NCBI RefSeq assembly: GCF_963853765.1
Contig: NC_088858.1
Location: 2,418,001 to 2,482,000, forward strand
DNA length: 64,000 nt
Source: Magallana gigas
Lineage: Eukaryota
Direction: 5' to 3'
Shown: positions 49,694 to 62,981 of the stretch, piece by piece
How positions within the stretch are numbered: position 1 is the first letter of the stretch
Layout: each line of letters starts with the position of its first letter
Made by a program: the position numbers and the translations under genes
The notes under the pieces: generated by a model
Told to the model about the DNA's origin: nothing
The model's database searches: none
Seen by the model: the letters and a program-made list of their open reading frames with translations, nothing else

Positions 49694-51199
49694 AATGTAT
49701 GCAGATTTATTTTAAAAATACCCATGAGTTACCAACTTTAGCTCAATGGTTTAGAGATGTCAAAATTATAGCACAGTTTCAGAAGCTGATATTGGGTAAC
49801 GTAAAAGAAAAACTTACACTAAAATAACTTGCACAATTAGGTCATAGAAAATGAGAATCTTTGAAGACGTAAGGAGAATAGAAAATATAAACTGTGTTGT
49901 TAATTATAAACTAAATTGGGAAAAGGAGATTAGGACCAATTCAACCATAAAATAAACAGAAATATAACGAATATCCTTGTTAGAAAATCAGGCATTACAA
50001 TAGATAGTGTAGCAGAAGTTTCACTAAGTATAACCATATCCTCATCTCTTAGACAAAGAAAAATAGAGATGTGCTGACGTAAGTCTACGGACTTTTAACG
50101 AGCTTGTGCGTTCATTTTTCAATGTCCAAACTTCTAATCATTAATCATGTTTAAACAGAATACTATACCGTATAGCAAATTAACAGAATAAATCATATCG
50201 GTAATATTCCAGGTATGTCAAAATAGGGGCGTGTCTCTAAGTTATCAAAAGCAGCAATGACGTCACAAGTTGTAGGTGCAGTAAACTATTCCATATATTT
50301 TAATATAAACATCTGAACATCCATATATTTTAATATAAACATCTGAACTTCATTTTTAATCTTTGTACAAAAATTGGAACAAGTAAGATTTACTAAAATT
50401 CAAAAAATATATGCACGTGCAGCAAAAATCCTCAACATCTGTCCCCGCCCGAGCGTTGACGGAAACGTGAGGTAAAATGATTTCATAATTCTTATAACTG
50501 GACAACAGTCGATATTTTATTGCTGGTGAGTTCCAATTACAATTTTGGAAGCCCGAGGTGGAATGGGCGTTTCCTGGTTAGCGTTTTGGCCGAGGCAATG
50601 CCCTTCACGCGCTCTGACAGGTATCAAGCTGCTCATTCCGCGTTCATAGTTTACCTTACCCTCAGAAGAAGTCCTGCCTTGAATCCGAGGGCCGTAAAAC
50701 ACCTCAATGTTGTTCATCATCAGAGATGTGACCCAGATAATTCTAATTTATTCCAAGCTCCGAACTAACTGGGCTATTTTAATTGGCACATAAATGTCAT
50801 TTTTTTGATGAATCGCATAATTAGCCGTCTGAATCTAAAAGGTAAGTTGTGATAATCACAAATTAGCATGGGAATGAGAATTAATCATTTAGTAATGATT
50901 TTTTACGACAGAAGGACAGCTGGTGTGGTGTTCCGCAATAACTCAAGGCGATTGTTTTGTGGGGATTCTGGTGTTGTAGACTTTATCTAAGAATATTTCT
51001 AAAAGTCAACAACTGCAAAAGTTCAAATGTTGGTTTCTTCTTTTTGTTTATTTACTTGGTATATTACTTACACGTAAATAAGTGCTATGCAGAGGGGAAA
51101 ATGGGAATATGTCTGGGTTTGATTTATAATGTTATTGACCTAAGAAAGTAAAGTTTTATCGTATTGGAAATCCGAACTTGCGGAAACTGTTGCCAATGG

Positions 51200-51579
51200 T
51201 TTTGTACGACATTAAATAAAAATACAAGCATGAACGTTAAGTGTACATGCATATATGTGCACATGATTGATACACAATTAGGCTAAAGAGTTGACATATC
51301 TAAAAACAAATTTATGAGGTTTCGTTGGTAACAGGACATGGATAAGTTATAACAGTCCAAGTCTTGCACTAGATCCATTTCACAACATGTAAGTACGTAT
51401 ATGGATCTAGTGCAAGACTTGGACTGTTATAACTTATCCATGTCCTGTTACCAACGAAACCTCATAAATTTGTTTTTAGACATGTCAACTCTTTAGCCTA
51501 ATTGTGTATCAATCATGTGCACATATATGCATGTACACTTAACGTTCATGCTTGTATTTTTATTTAATGTTGTACAAAA
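51200..51579. repeat. Near-perfect long inverted repeat: 179-bp arms with a 22-bp spacer
   Basis: 51200-51378 is the reverse complement of 51401-51579 with two mismatches found by eye. Confidence 0.95.
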
Positions 51580-54500
51580 ATTGTGATTGTGTCAGCCAAT
51601 TGGAATTAGAAGTTTTTGGAGAAAGGGTACTGGGATACAATTTGAAAATTTTATAAAATGATGAAAATATTTAAAGTTTGTCGTGCTTTCGCCTTCATTG
51701 CCTCTGTAATCACGTTTGCACAATTTAATCTTTCCGGACCGTGTTTCATAATTCGTTGATGAAGGGGGATGGAGAAAAAAAATTCAAAATTTGCTAATGT
51801 TTTAAATTCCTCAAAACGAGCTACATTCTGATCTTCAATAGAATGGCTTGGCTGTTTGAGGTTAATTTGGTTATCTAAAATCCATGAATAATTCATTAGG
51901 CAAATAAATGTTGCTTTTTCTCATTTAACGTGATCTTAATTTCTTAGTCAGAAGACATTTCATGAAACAGTGTGTAAATAAACGCTCGGGTCTCTAGAAT
52001 TATGCTCTCTAGAGATGGAGATTTCTTTGTGTATAATAAATATTTTCAAATGCGGCAATAAATTCATATGCTTATTTACATAGGACTAATTTTAAAACCA
52101 TATAAGGGAATTAGTTTAATGGGATCATTTGTACCTGGTTAAGGTGGTTATGACAACCTCAGACGTAGGGGAAAAATATTCACGTTTCTGGAATGGAATT
52201 CTCGTGCCAGCGTAATTCTTTAGTACAATAGATGTCAGTTCGCATGAGTTACTTTGAAACTGTGTTCGTGAGTCGTTCGTGCGTTCTTGGAGATTTCACT
52301 AATACTTACACCGACTGTACAGGGTTCGGACTTGATTTATGTTCACTTTTACTTGCACACAAATTTGCCAAAGGGTTGTGCAGTCATCGTGCATATTCGC
52401 CAGGTTTTATAGATTTATTGACAAGTTTCTAAGGCGATTGATCCAACTCTTGCCTAAAACCATTAGTCATCGTTCATATCAGAAAATCAAATTAATGAGT
52501 TTATTTGCACGTTTTGTAAGAATTCTTTCTGTCCTAGAGGTGTGTTTTCTCACCAAATACTCCATCATAATTTAATCCATTGGCAGCCGCGTTTCCGATA
52601 AATATGCATTGACCTTTGATATTGGGTTTGCTCTGTAAACTTCGTTTCCATTCATCGATACGATATTTTTTATAAAAGAACTGAAACATACAGGACAAGA
52701 TCGCTCTTCTATAATTCATCATATCCACACAATGGGCGCGTGAATCAGCCTGCCTGACCCCTCGTTAGAACTGTCTGTACTTTAAGGGGCCCTTGTGTTG
52801 CCGGATTTCTGTGTAGTTGTCGCCCAAAATTATTTGGATCATCGAAAGAAATTATCTTCTTTATAAGAAGTGCTCCGTCCAAAGATACACGGAAATACTC
52901 TGTTCTTCTCTGCTAAATGATACATGTAGTATATAGGTTAAGAAATCTCAAATATGAAGATAGATCTATTGAGTAATTTGTCGACTGACCACTCTCCTAA
53001 AACAGATTAAGCACGTGCTTGTAGATAATCCAGCAGGGATGCGCTCCATTACTTTTGAAGATCATTGACTAAAATCATTGGAGTCTTAAAGTAATCAATT
53101 ACAAGCTGATTACAGCCATTTTTTTGAAAACTAATTGATTACATAAGATTACTTTTCCTTCCTGTAATCATGATAACGAATTTCATAAACTAGTAACTGA
53201 CATTGATAACATTATTTATTTTAATTGTTTCCATTATTAAACGTTTAATGTTTAAAAATAAAGAAACTATGAATTTTGAAGTGACACTTTTAATAAAAAT
53301 TCAAAGTTTTTCAATACATTTCATTATTATCAGTATTTGAGTCACGTAGTCTTTCTTTCGCTTTCTTAATACACTGCAACGTTCGGTCTTAAGGAAACTT
53401 AAGATGTTGGATAGCAAACACTTTAATCCTAATAAAGTGACCCCTTAATAATGGGCACTTCTTGTGTATAGATTATCAGGAATTTCCCTTAGTTGTGCAG
53501 CGTCAATCAAAATCATTACAAAACTGTCCTAAATGAATTAAAGATGAACCAAAAATAGTTGTATAATTAATAAGAGTTTTAGATAATAGACATTTTAGGT
53601 ATTTGCATTTTTTATGCATTTTCAAATAAGAGTCGGATTTAATTATATTGGAACAAAACAATTTCCCAAAGACAAGGTGTTGGCGGTTTCTGTTTCTGGT
53701 ATGAATACCAACACTGCACAGAACTGACCCCTTCATTTCCTAAAAAAAAAAATTACTACAGAGGATGGTGAATACAGATTATATACATATATAAAAAAAA
53801 TTATAATAGCGTCCCGGAATGCACAGCCCGAGTTTTCTTGACAAGCGCAAGAGACAGATGGATGTCGCAAAACAACGCTAGGTCTGTGTGCTATAAACTG
53901 GCCAGGAATGTTTGGAAAAAAAGGCTTTCGGCTAAAAAGTAGGTCGTTATAAATTCTTAAAGACAACATGGGCCAAAATGAAATAAATCGGAAATAATGG
54001 GTTCATTTCCTGTACCCATTCTCACTTCCGCTGATGCTTTTGGGCGCAGACACAATTAACTAGCAGTTTAAAGAATGCATTTAGTTATCAATAATATTGT
54101 ACGATTTATTTGTAGGGCACCGATTTACATAGATTATGTTTTCCTTTTTCCTTTCTCCTTCCTTTTTTTTTTGGCTTAAAATATCATATTTTAGTTACAT
54201 TAATTTACTGTCTTGTTTATTTTTGTTTTAAACTTTTTAAAGATTTTTTTAAACTTTTAATTAATGTTGAATAAATGCATTCACTGGTGAACTTTTACAT
54301 ATCAAAGATGTATTACCACGGTAGACAGTTAGAGAGCATCGAGGATGTATAGTGAGTAAGCTTAACTTAAGATTCCGTGATCTTAAAATTTCGTTTACGG
54401 ACAAGTTCTATTTCTAGGGAGGGGGCGGCTATTGTAAATATGACACGGTTTTTGACTGCATTTTACAGGAACAACGCACACTCATATGGAGGGCCCTCCA

Positions 54501-57030
54501 GCGTATTGGTTTTTTGAGTGCTATTCCACGTATTGTTTTTTTTAGTGCTATTCCACGTATTGTTTTGAGTGCTATTTTATGTATTGTTTTTTAATTTACC
54601 TAATTTTTTTCAGGCTTGGAAAATTTTTCAACATAAAAAAATCGACACAGCAACGATTTGAGGAGCAATTTTCTGAGTTGCTTAAAAATTGTTTTTATTA
54701 TAAATGATGTGCTACAAAAATTGTTTATTAATTCAAATATTTATGCATTATTTTTTCCAGATCCGATACAATTTGTAGAACCAAAAAAAGTTTTAGAAAG
54801 TCACTTAAGATTTCACTTGAACTGATCGACAAAATAGTTTAATGTCTTATTTTATGGATTCGAAGTGTGTGGTTAGGAAAACCTACAAATCATAGAACAC
54901 GTGTATTTAAAATTTTCGAAGCATATTTTCGTCCATCTTCCCAAGTCGGGTTTCTGATCCGCTCCGCTCTATATAATGTACATTTATGTAGAGCGGGGCG
55001 GATCCGAAACTACTGTATGTCTCTATACGTTTTACCTTTTTTTGGACAGGGTGTTCCTTTAACGTAATTTGTTAATTTGTAAATATGTTTTGTTCTTCAC
55101 ATACCATCTAGATGGTCTGAGTGAAAAAACTAAACTGAATTGAATTGACTCAATTGAGACATCCAAACTAATTGATGAGTGGTGTTGGCAATTCAAAGAG
55201 GAATAACCAATATAAAGTTATATTCAAGTAAACGAAGGGGAATAACTGGTATGTATATGTGATATAAAACTGTCTTTCTGTAAATGTATAGCCACTGTAC
55301 GGATGAGTTCGGGTTTATTTGAATATTTATCTCATTGCATTTTAATTACAATAGTTTTGGACTCTCCAAGCGTCGAACCCTTAAATTTTGCGCATTAATA
55401 AACTCACATTTCTCTTAGAGCCTACTTCACAAGGCGATGAATGAATGAATTAATGAATGGAAAAGTAATATTACTGATTACCAATAAATAGATTACACAA
55501 ATACAATATGTTAAATAATCATATAAAAATGTCGTGATTGTGGAATTCGATAGAAGACAATCGAAGATTGTTTTCAAACAAACTGATGGAGAGATATTGT
55601 CTTTAGAGTTGTTGTGTTTTTTTGTTTGTTTTTGTTGTTGTTGTTGTTGTTTTTTTTTTTTCCCCTGAAGTTTGGGATTCAATTTCGCACTTCTAGCAAA
55701 ACTACATCAAAACTGCTCCTGAAAAATGGCCAGATTTCTTATAGATATAACACTTGTTAGGAAAGCGTCATTTGTCTAACCGAAAATATGATAGTAAAAA
55801 TGTTCTTTAAGTCATTGAATTGGAAAAATCAGGCTGCTTGTCTTTTGTCAGATATTAAATCTATTTCATCATATTTCCAGCAGATTTCTCTTTGGCGATT
55901 ATTAACCTTTCTCCCTGTATATAAGCGTTTTCTTTCTGTATTGATTCATTCCCGGGAATCATTTGAAGACTTTCTATCACTGAGAGACAATGATCGTTTG
56001 AATGTCTTTATTTGACAACATAACTCTTTTAAAATCTTGAACGTTTATTGACATTATGATGCATTTGCTATAATTCCTAATGGATGTGGCTGAAAAGAAA
56101 ACCAATGATTTTTTTAAATAGCAATAGCTTTCTTGTTTTTAGCTTGACTTGTACAAGGAAGTGTTGCATTTTATTACCAAGTCATAACGTACCCGGATAT
56201 TGTATGCAACTACCTGCAGAGCTCTCTTTGACCCTCTGAAGTGGTTTTCCGTTTAAATTGTTAATTATCGCTGCTCAGAATATTGAAACTTTTTTAATTA
56301 CCTCACGTTTCTTGTGCCTAACAGCTTGTTTTTTTTTTAGATTGCCTGTCAATAACAGTGTTAAAATACCTGAAATGTATCTTTACCTCTTAAAATTGGA
56401 TTTAAATATACACGAAAAAAAGGCCTCGATTAAGTTGTTAAGTGGCGATCAGCATTCACTTCCATTCATCTTTTAAAAAATGGTTTCTCTGCTCAGTGGT
56501 TTCAAACAAAAGCTAAAAGTACTGCTCGGTTAAAATAGGAGGATTTCCCTAACTCAAAAAATGCAATTAAAACGTTTCAATTTATTGAAATATTTTTAAA
56601 TCTCTGAAGTTGCCACTATAAATGGTTGAAAGCCTTCCGTGAAATTGACTTTGGGAGGGACCATCACTGACGAGATCGCGCTTCGCTGGTCTCGAAGATC
56701 TTTCTTTTTCTATCTAATCACGGATTGGCTACAAGTGCTTCAAGTGTTTTCTTCAGATAAGTCCGCACATTAGAGATAGAGTGTTTACCCAAATAAGCGA
56801 CTGTTATCATAAGAGATTATCGTTTTATTGTATTGATGTGACAACCCCTGGTGAGTTTTTCCTTCTTTTCAACAAAGCCATATTGTCAGTTGAAGTAACC
56901 CTGTGTTTTGTTTTCTCAATGGATTATACCGTGATTTTTAGACTGTCACTTCGTTTAATTGTTCGTTAAAATTTACTAAAACGTTTTCTATCACAATAAC
57001 ACGACATGTGAACGACAAACTCAATGAACA

Positions 57031-57666
57031 ATGGCGGATGTTAGTGGAGCTAAATATTTTGATGCCATTTCCAACAACAAGCGGCAGGAATACAAACTAA
57101 AAGAAGCGGAAGAGAAAATCGACCACTCTAAGCGGCGGATGCTCGTCAAGTTTTGGAAAGAAAAGTACGACCTGATGGACGATTTAGTCTTACTCCACGT
57201 AAAGACCCCGGTGTTCGTGGCTCCGAGCAAAGCGAGCTCTCTGCGCCCTCTGTCCTCCAGCAGGACCCGGATTGAAATCCAAAACGTCTGTCTGGACAGT
57301 AAACTCTTGACCAACAAACCCAGCACTACGGGCCGGAGGCGTCCGGTCTACAGCTCCTCGCCCGTCATCGATATTCAGGGAGAGGACGCGGTGTGTTACC
57401 CTAATAAACAGGCAAAGCACGGGAGAGCCGTCCACATGAACTACCCCCTCCGGAGACGGCTAGAAGTGGCCAAGCAGTTGGAAAAATCGCTCATCACTTT
57501 AGAACTGCGGAAAGATTGCCGGTCTCAGCCTGCTGAGAAATACAACAGGAATACGAGCTGGAATGCACTGCGACCAAAAACGACAGGGAGATTAAGGACG
57601 AGAGGGGAGTTCATCAGTACGGTGACGTACCATAGACCAGAGACCGCCGTCGGATTTTCCAGTTAA
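57031..57666 (+). CDS. Uncharacterised 211-aa basic protein with a predicted N-terminal helical/coiled-coil segment; single coding exon in this window
   Basis: 636-nt ORF forming a GC-rich island in AT-rich DNA, with good start context (ACAATGG) and coding-like third positions. No recognised domain. Confidence 0.7.
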   Translation: MADVSGAKYFDAISNNKRQEYKLKEAEEKIDHSKRRMLVKFWKEKYDLMDDLVLLHVKTPVFVAPSKASSLRPLSSSRTRIEIQNVCLDSKLLTNKPSTTGRRRPVYSSSPVIDIQGEDAVCYPNKQAKHGRAVHMNYPLRRRLEVAKQLEKSLITLELRKDCRSQPAEKYNRNTSWNALRPKTTGRLRTRGEFISTVTYHRPETAVGFSS

Positions 57667-58228
57667 ACCAGCGATTTTGCCAGACATTGTGTTCATGTTA
57701 GATTCAGAAATCGGTGAAAAAAAGCTTTGCGATGTTATGTTCCTGTTAACCAAGAAATCGTTGAGACGACTTTAAATTGTTATTTAATGTTATGTAACAC
57801 AAGGTGCTCTTTGTTTTGTTGAAAGACTTCAACTATTTCTAAAGAATTAGTGCAATTAATGACAAGTGTCAGTTTGCAATAAAACGGGACCAAGGTGATT
57901 TCTCCAGTGTCCTTTTAAATGAGTTTGCCTTGGTATACCCGGCAGCGAGTCTGTTAACGGGAGCACCAAGGAATAGCTAGGATTCTTAATTGTTCCATAA
58001 AATTTTAATGTATACGAAAGACATAAACGAACATTTAATCGACATTGCTACAGCTACTTTTGATGAGGAGATTACAGAGAGATCAAGGAGTCATCGCGTT
58101 TAACAGAAACCTGTTGAGATCCTTATTCTGTCCGTCAAATCAGAAAGCAATTAATTCTAGTTAACAACGCATTGATCTCGGGGCCTCTCAAGATTGTATT
58201 AATATGTGATGTATTTTAGGGACATGAC

Positions 58229-58230
<2 letters not shown>

Positions 58231-58294
<64 letters not shown>
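58231..58294. repeat. (GA)n microsatellite
   Basis: Direct reading. Confidence 0.95.
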
Positions 58295-58297
<3 letters not shown>

Positions 58298-58851
58298 TTT
58301 ACAGTAATTTTGTTTTTATTTCACATTTGGCAAGTACGCCTCCCTTTTTGAAATGATTTTTGGTTCCATAGTAATATATCTCTAAAAGATGGGATCCATT
58401 GAGATAAATATACAATTGCTACCCAAATAGACTGTATACAAGTCGACAATTAAGTCATTCTTGAAAAATTTTCACCTTTTCATGGAATTGTCGCACCGTT
58501 GCAGCTATCCCAGCAAAAGCTTGACATGTCTGTTTCTTTTCACGTAATTCATTAAATATAAATAGAATTACGAAGAAAAGCATCATGTTATTACTTGTAC
58601 ATGTATGTATAAATCCCCAATACGTAATACATAAGTTCATTTGCAGTAAATGCATACATTGTGTTGGGCAAAGAAGTCAAAGCAAAAGTAGAATACAACA
58701 TATGTCATGCGCAACATATGCTGGGAATCGTTAAATGTATGTGTTAGGCATGATGCAGTCAACATTTAAAGGTTTAAAACTTGTCAGCAATTAAATGACA
58801 TGATAAGACACATAACTTATTTGATATAAACTCAGAATATCCAGTTTAAAC

Positions 58852-59000
58852 CATGCGCGGATCCCGAAAATTAATCGGGGGGGGGGGGGGGTCCGAAGGA
58901 TAATTATGTTTGCCAGGGGGGTCCGAGGCATATTTGCGATAATTCTAATATGTAAATTTAATAAAATTTAATTTTCCGGGGGGGGGGGGGGGGGTTCGCT
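58852..59000. mobile_element. Probable truncated MITE-like interspersed repeat with poly-G tracts
   Basis: Begins CATGCGCGGATC and has two poly-G runs. It resembles a common bivalve repeat as recalled; the matching right-hand TIR is not present. Confidence 0.35.
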
Positions 59001-60063
59001 TTCGCGCAGCGTTTCATTTGTATTGTGACGTCATCTTTTTGCTTTGTTGACGCCATGGCGTGATAGTTTCAACTGCAGATATTCAGCGAAAGTTGAAAAT
59101 AGCTCGTTTGATGCGTAAAATTGATATTACATTGTGGAATAAACATAAATGTCTCGAAGTTTAAGCTACATTTGGGCTCGGGTCGAAAACGTGAAGAGGG
59201 TTCAGCAAGCCTAGCCCCCTGTCACGTTTTCTTAACCCGCCTAAATATAGCTGATAAAAATATAATTCATTTATTTCAAGACATTAACCATGTATTTTAT
59301 ATCAATGACCCTTAATATGTGATGTAATATATTTATTTATTACTTAAATGTGCCTGAATGTTTTAATAATACTATAAAGATCACCATTTCCGTCTTTGTC
59401 AAATAAAAAATAGCCATTATCTGACAAACTGGGAAATTGGGCATACAAAAAATAACTTTGATAAGACCCCTGTAACAAACCAGGAGGTAAAAAGTTTTTT
59501 TTATTTGACCATTTGGTGCCTTTTAGCAATAACTTTAATATGTAGAACAGAAAAAGAAATCCCTAGGGCAGAAGTTTACAAAATGTGCAAAATTGGTACA
59601 TTTCAAGCAAAATCCCATAGGGTCTTATGTTAAAAATTAACAAACTTTGAGATGACCCCTTAAACAAACGATGTGGTAAATGTGTAATTTTTTTTATCTT
59701 AAATTAATAATTATATCCGTAGAAAATCTTGTTAAAATTTCATTCAAAAATCTAGGGCAGAACAAATTAGACCCGGCCTCGTTAAATTGTCAATCAGGTT
59801 ATGATCGTGGATACTATCCCGTGAAATGTTGATCGAGCCGGAGATTGTGCACGGATGTCCTAGCAGTACGCACAAAACTACTATATTCTGAGAATAACAA
59901 AGTATCCATTGCTGAAATTATTACACTTTGGTAAATGATTAAAAACTTACAGGAAAGCGTTACTTACCGTTTATAAATTTTCCCTCAGGTGCAACACCAA
60001 ATCGCCATTTTTTCGTGGAATTGATTATACGCGTATCACGTGGTCCGTCACCGTGACAAAAAT

Positions 60064-60428
60064 AACAAGAGAAAAGCTGTCAATGTGACAGCAAACCGGG
60101 TTTTCTTTTGTGTGAACAGTATCCATAATCCATTTGTCAATTCTGAATTGATAAATACTACCTATCCAAAGAAATGGGGTACTCTATATGCAAAGTTTTT
60201 GCCAAAAAATGCCTAAGTTCAACAGCTGATATATTTTGATAAATTATCAGAAATCAAAATCCTAGCAATTTGCATACCTCTGATATATGTATAATTCATA
60301 TGCAAAAGAACAATTCCTATCTCGAAAACTGTACGAGGAGTCATGGGTGCAATAAGAGTACCTTTTTGGCAGCCACTCGCCCGCCCGCCATTTTCACTAT
60401 TTCAATAATCGAAAAACCCGGTTAAAAA
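60064..60428 (-). mobile_element. Helentron-associated interspersed element (HINE/DINE-1-like)
   Basis: On the minus strand: T-rich 5' end, 11-bp subterminal inverted repeats (AACCGGGTTTT at 60094-60104 and AAAACCCGGTT at 60413-60423), a short (GCGG)n-like tract, a 3' stem-loop GCTGTCA-ATG-TGACAGC (60076-60092) and a T-rich 3' end. Confidence 0.55.
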
Positions 60429-61345
60429 TTCTCTCTAAAAATTCTTAGGATTCAGAAGCAATGGAGCCACATGGGACCTCACGGCGGTCTCCAAACCTCA
60501 TGGCGCTCAAAATATATTTACGCCCTAAGGAAATTTTTTGATCCGTCTCATTTCTAGAAAAGAGTACGCATTAACTTATATTCCACTTTAAATTACATGT
60601 CAAATTATTTTAGAGAAATAAGATATTAGGCATTTCTTTTTAACCCTTATCGTATAATACCATGAGAATTATATGACAGAAATTAGCGAATTCGTTACAT
60701 CGGCGACGATTTTTATATGAATGACCCTCTTCCTGTTTGGTCCAGTTTCAATCATACCAAAAAAAAATTTCTAAAAATAATACCGGTATTTTCGATAAAA
60801 AAAGTGTCGTTCATTAAAAGCTTATTGCAACAGTTAAGCTGAATATTATGTTTATTTTTCATCCATTCCGGCGATTACGGCATGCCGTTTCCCCGCAGCA
60901 AGGCAGTTGCCATATAAGGTCATGTCAAAATTCGACAAACTTGTAGACTTTACATTTATCAATTTGTATTATGTCAGATGTGTTATTACCGAGCCTGAAG
61001 ATACAAATGCAGAAACTTCGGATTGAAAGTTTGCAAAGTTGAATGTCTAATCAACTGATGAAAGCAATAATGCTGCAAATTGTATATCATGCGAAGAAAC
61101 TGAGTCAAATCTTACACGTTTTTATGCCCGAGTGTTAATGGTTACACGATCAGACTTACACATATTCATACTCAGACTCACACACCAACATGATTACATA
61201 TTATGATCTACATGTTTACATGTCTGGATTTTTTAACACGATTACCCTCCATACATGTTAACGTTAGATATTATCTGTTAATTATTTGTCAAAAATTTAC
61301 AAAGCAAAATTCTTTTTTTGGAATGTATTTCGGTCTGTAGACATA

Positions 61346-61386
<41 letters not shown>

Positions 61387-62510
61387 CAACAAACCCTTTG
61401 GTATAAATATGCTTTCAATATTCATGATAATTAAGAAAAATTTCTCTGGTTTCTTTGCCTGTTAGTAAAATTTTATTTTATATACATTATTAATGAATGT
61501 TCACATGTTCATGTACCATACCATTATTTCAATATTGCTATATTTATATGTAATAACCTATGCCATAAGATGTATGTCTTGTGCAAATAAAGAATAATAG
61601 TAAATATGCTAAATAACAATATATAAAACCCTTTAAAAAGGAATTTTTGTTTCACGGGGGGGGGGGGGGGGGGGGGGGGGTTGAAAAACATATCCGTTTT
61701 CCGTTATTTTCTATTATGAAATGAGCTATTTTAACCCAAAATACAAAGTTATCTCTCTTTGTTTGACCAAATCATCTATATTTAATGAAAATATACCTAA
61801 AGGTTTACATTATTATAAAAAAAAATAACTTTCACTAGAGAATTTTCAAAAAATGACTTTTAATTCGTCGGCTAGACAATGGTATCGTTCGCAGTCCTAG
61901 CGCGCATCATGGAATATGCCAACAGAGCAATTGCTATTCATAACGCCATGTTCACTAAATAACGTTGTTTATTTCTTAAATAATTGCAAATGGAAAGTGG
62001 GTAGATATTATTTCCCTGCATGTTTACAGGAACTGACATTTACGCAAAATAAACATTGGCTTTTGGGGGGGAAGGGATATCATGTCAATATAGAAAAAGG
62101 TTAGTTTTTATATATTTATTTCCAACATTTTTTTTGGTCATTAGCAAATTTTTATACGTTTAAAGATATGTTGAGAAATAACCGTTTTTTAATATCACAA
62201 CTTACAATGTCCCTTTGTCAGATACTTACAGCATATTGCACGTTGGCTTCAAATACTGTGTAATATTTGAAATAAGAGACTGATACTCAACTAACAGAAA
62301 ATTGTTTATTTCTTATAATTTGCTTTTTTAACTATCTTAAATCTATACAAAGAAGCCAACATGTTAAAGCTAGTCTGCATAAAATATGTACTTCATTCAT
62401 TATGTACAAAACAGGAACATCTTGTGATGACATTGAAATCTGATATTTATAAATTCAGACTAAATTTAGCTGTGACATAGTTCATCCTTTCTATCTAACT
62501 AAATCTATAG

Positions 62511-62663
<153 letters not shown>

Positions 62664-62852
62664 TGATTTTATTGCAACCAAAAACAAGATGACGGCTCCG
62701 CTTCAAAATTTCAGATGCAATGTCACGAATGATAATTGAGTATGCATATAATCATAAATCATTACACATTAACGCTGGTACATAGTTTTTAGAAAATTCT
62801 CACTTCTGTTATAAATATAATGGATTTTGTTTTTACAGAACATTTATTGTAG

Positions 62853-62981
<129 letters not shown>

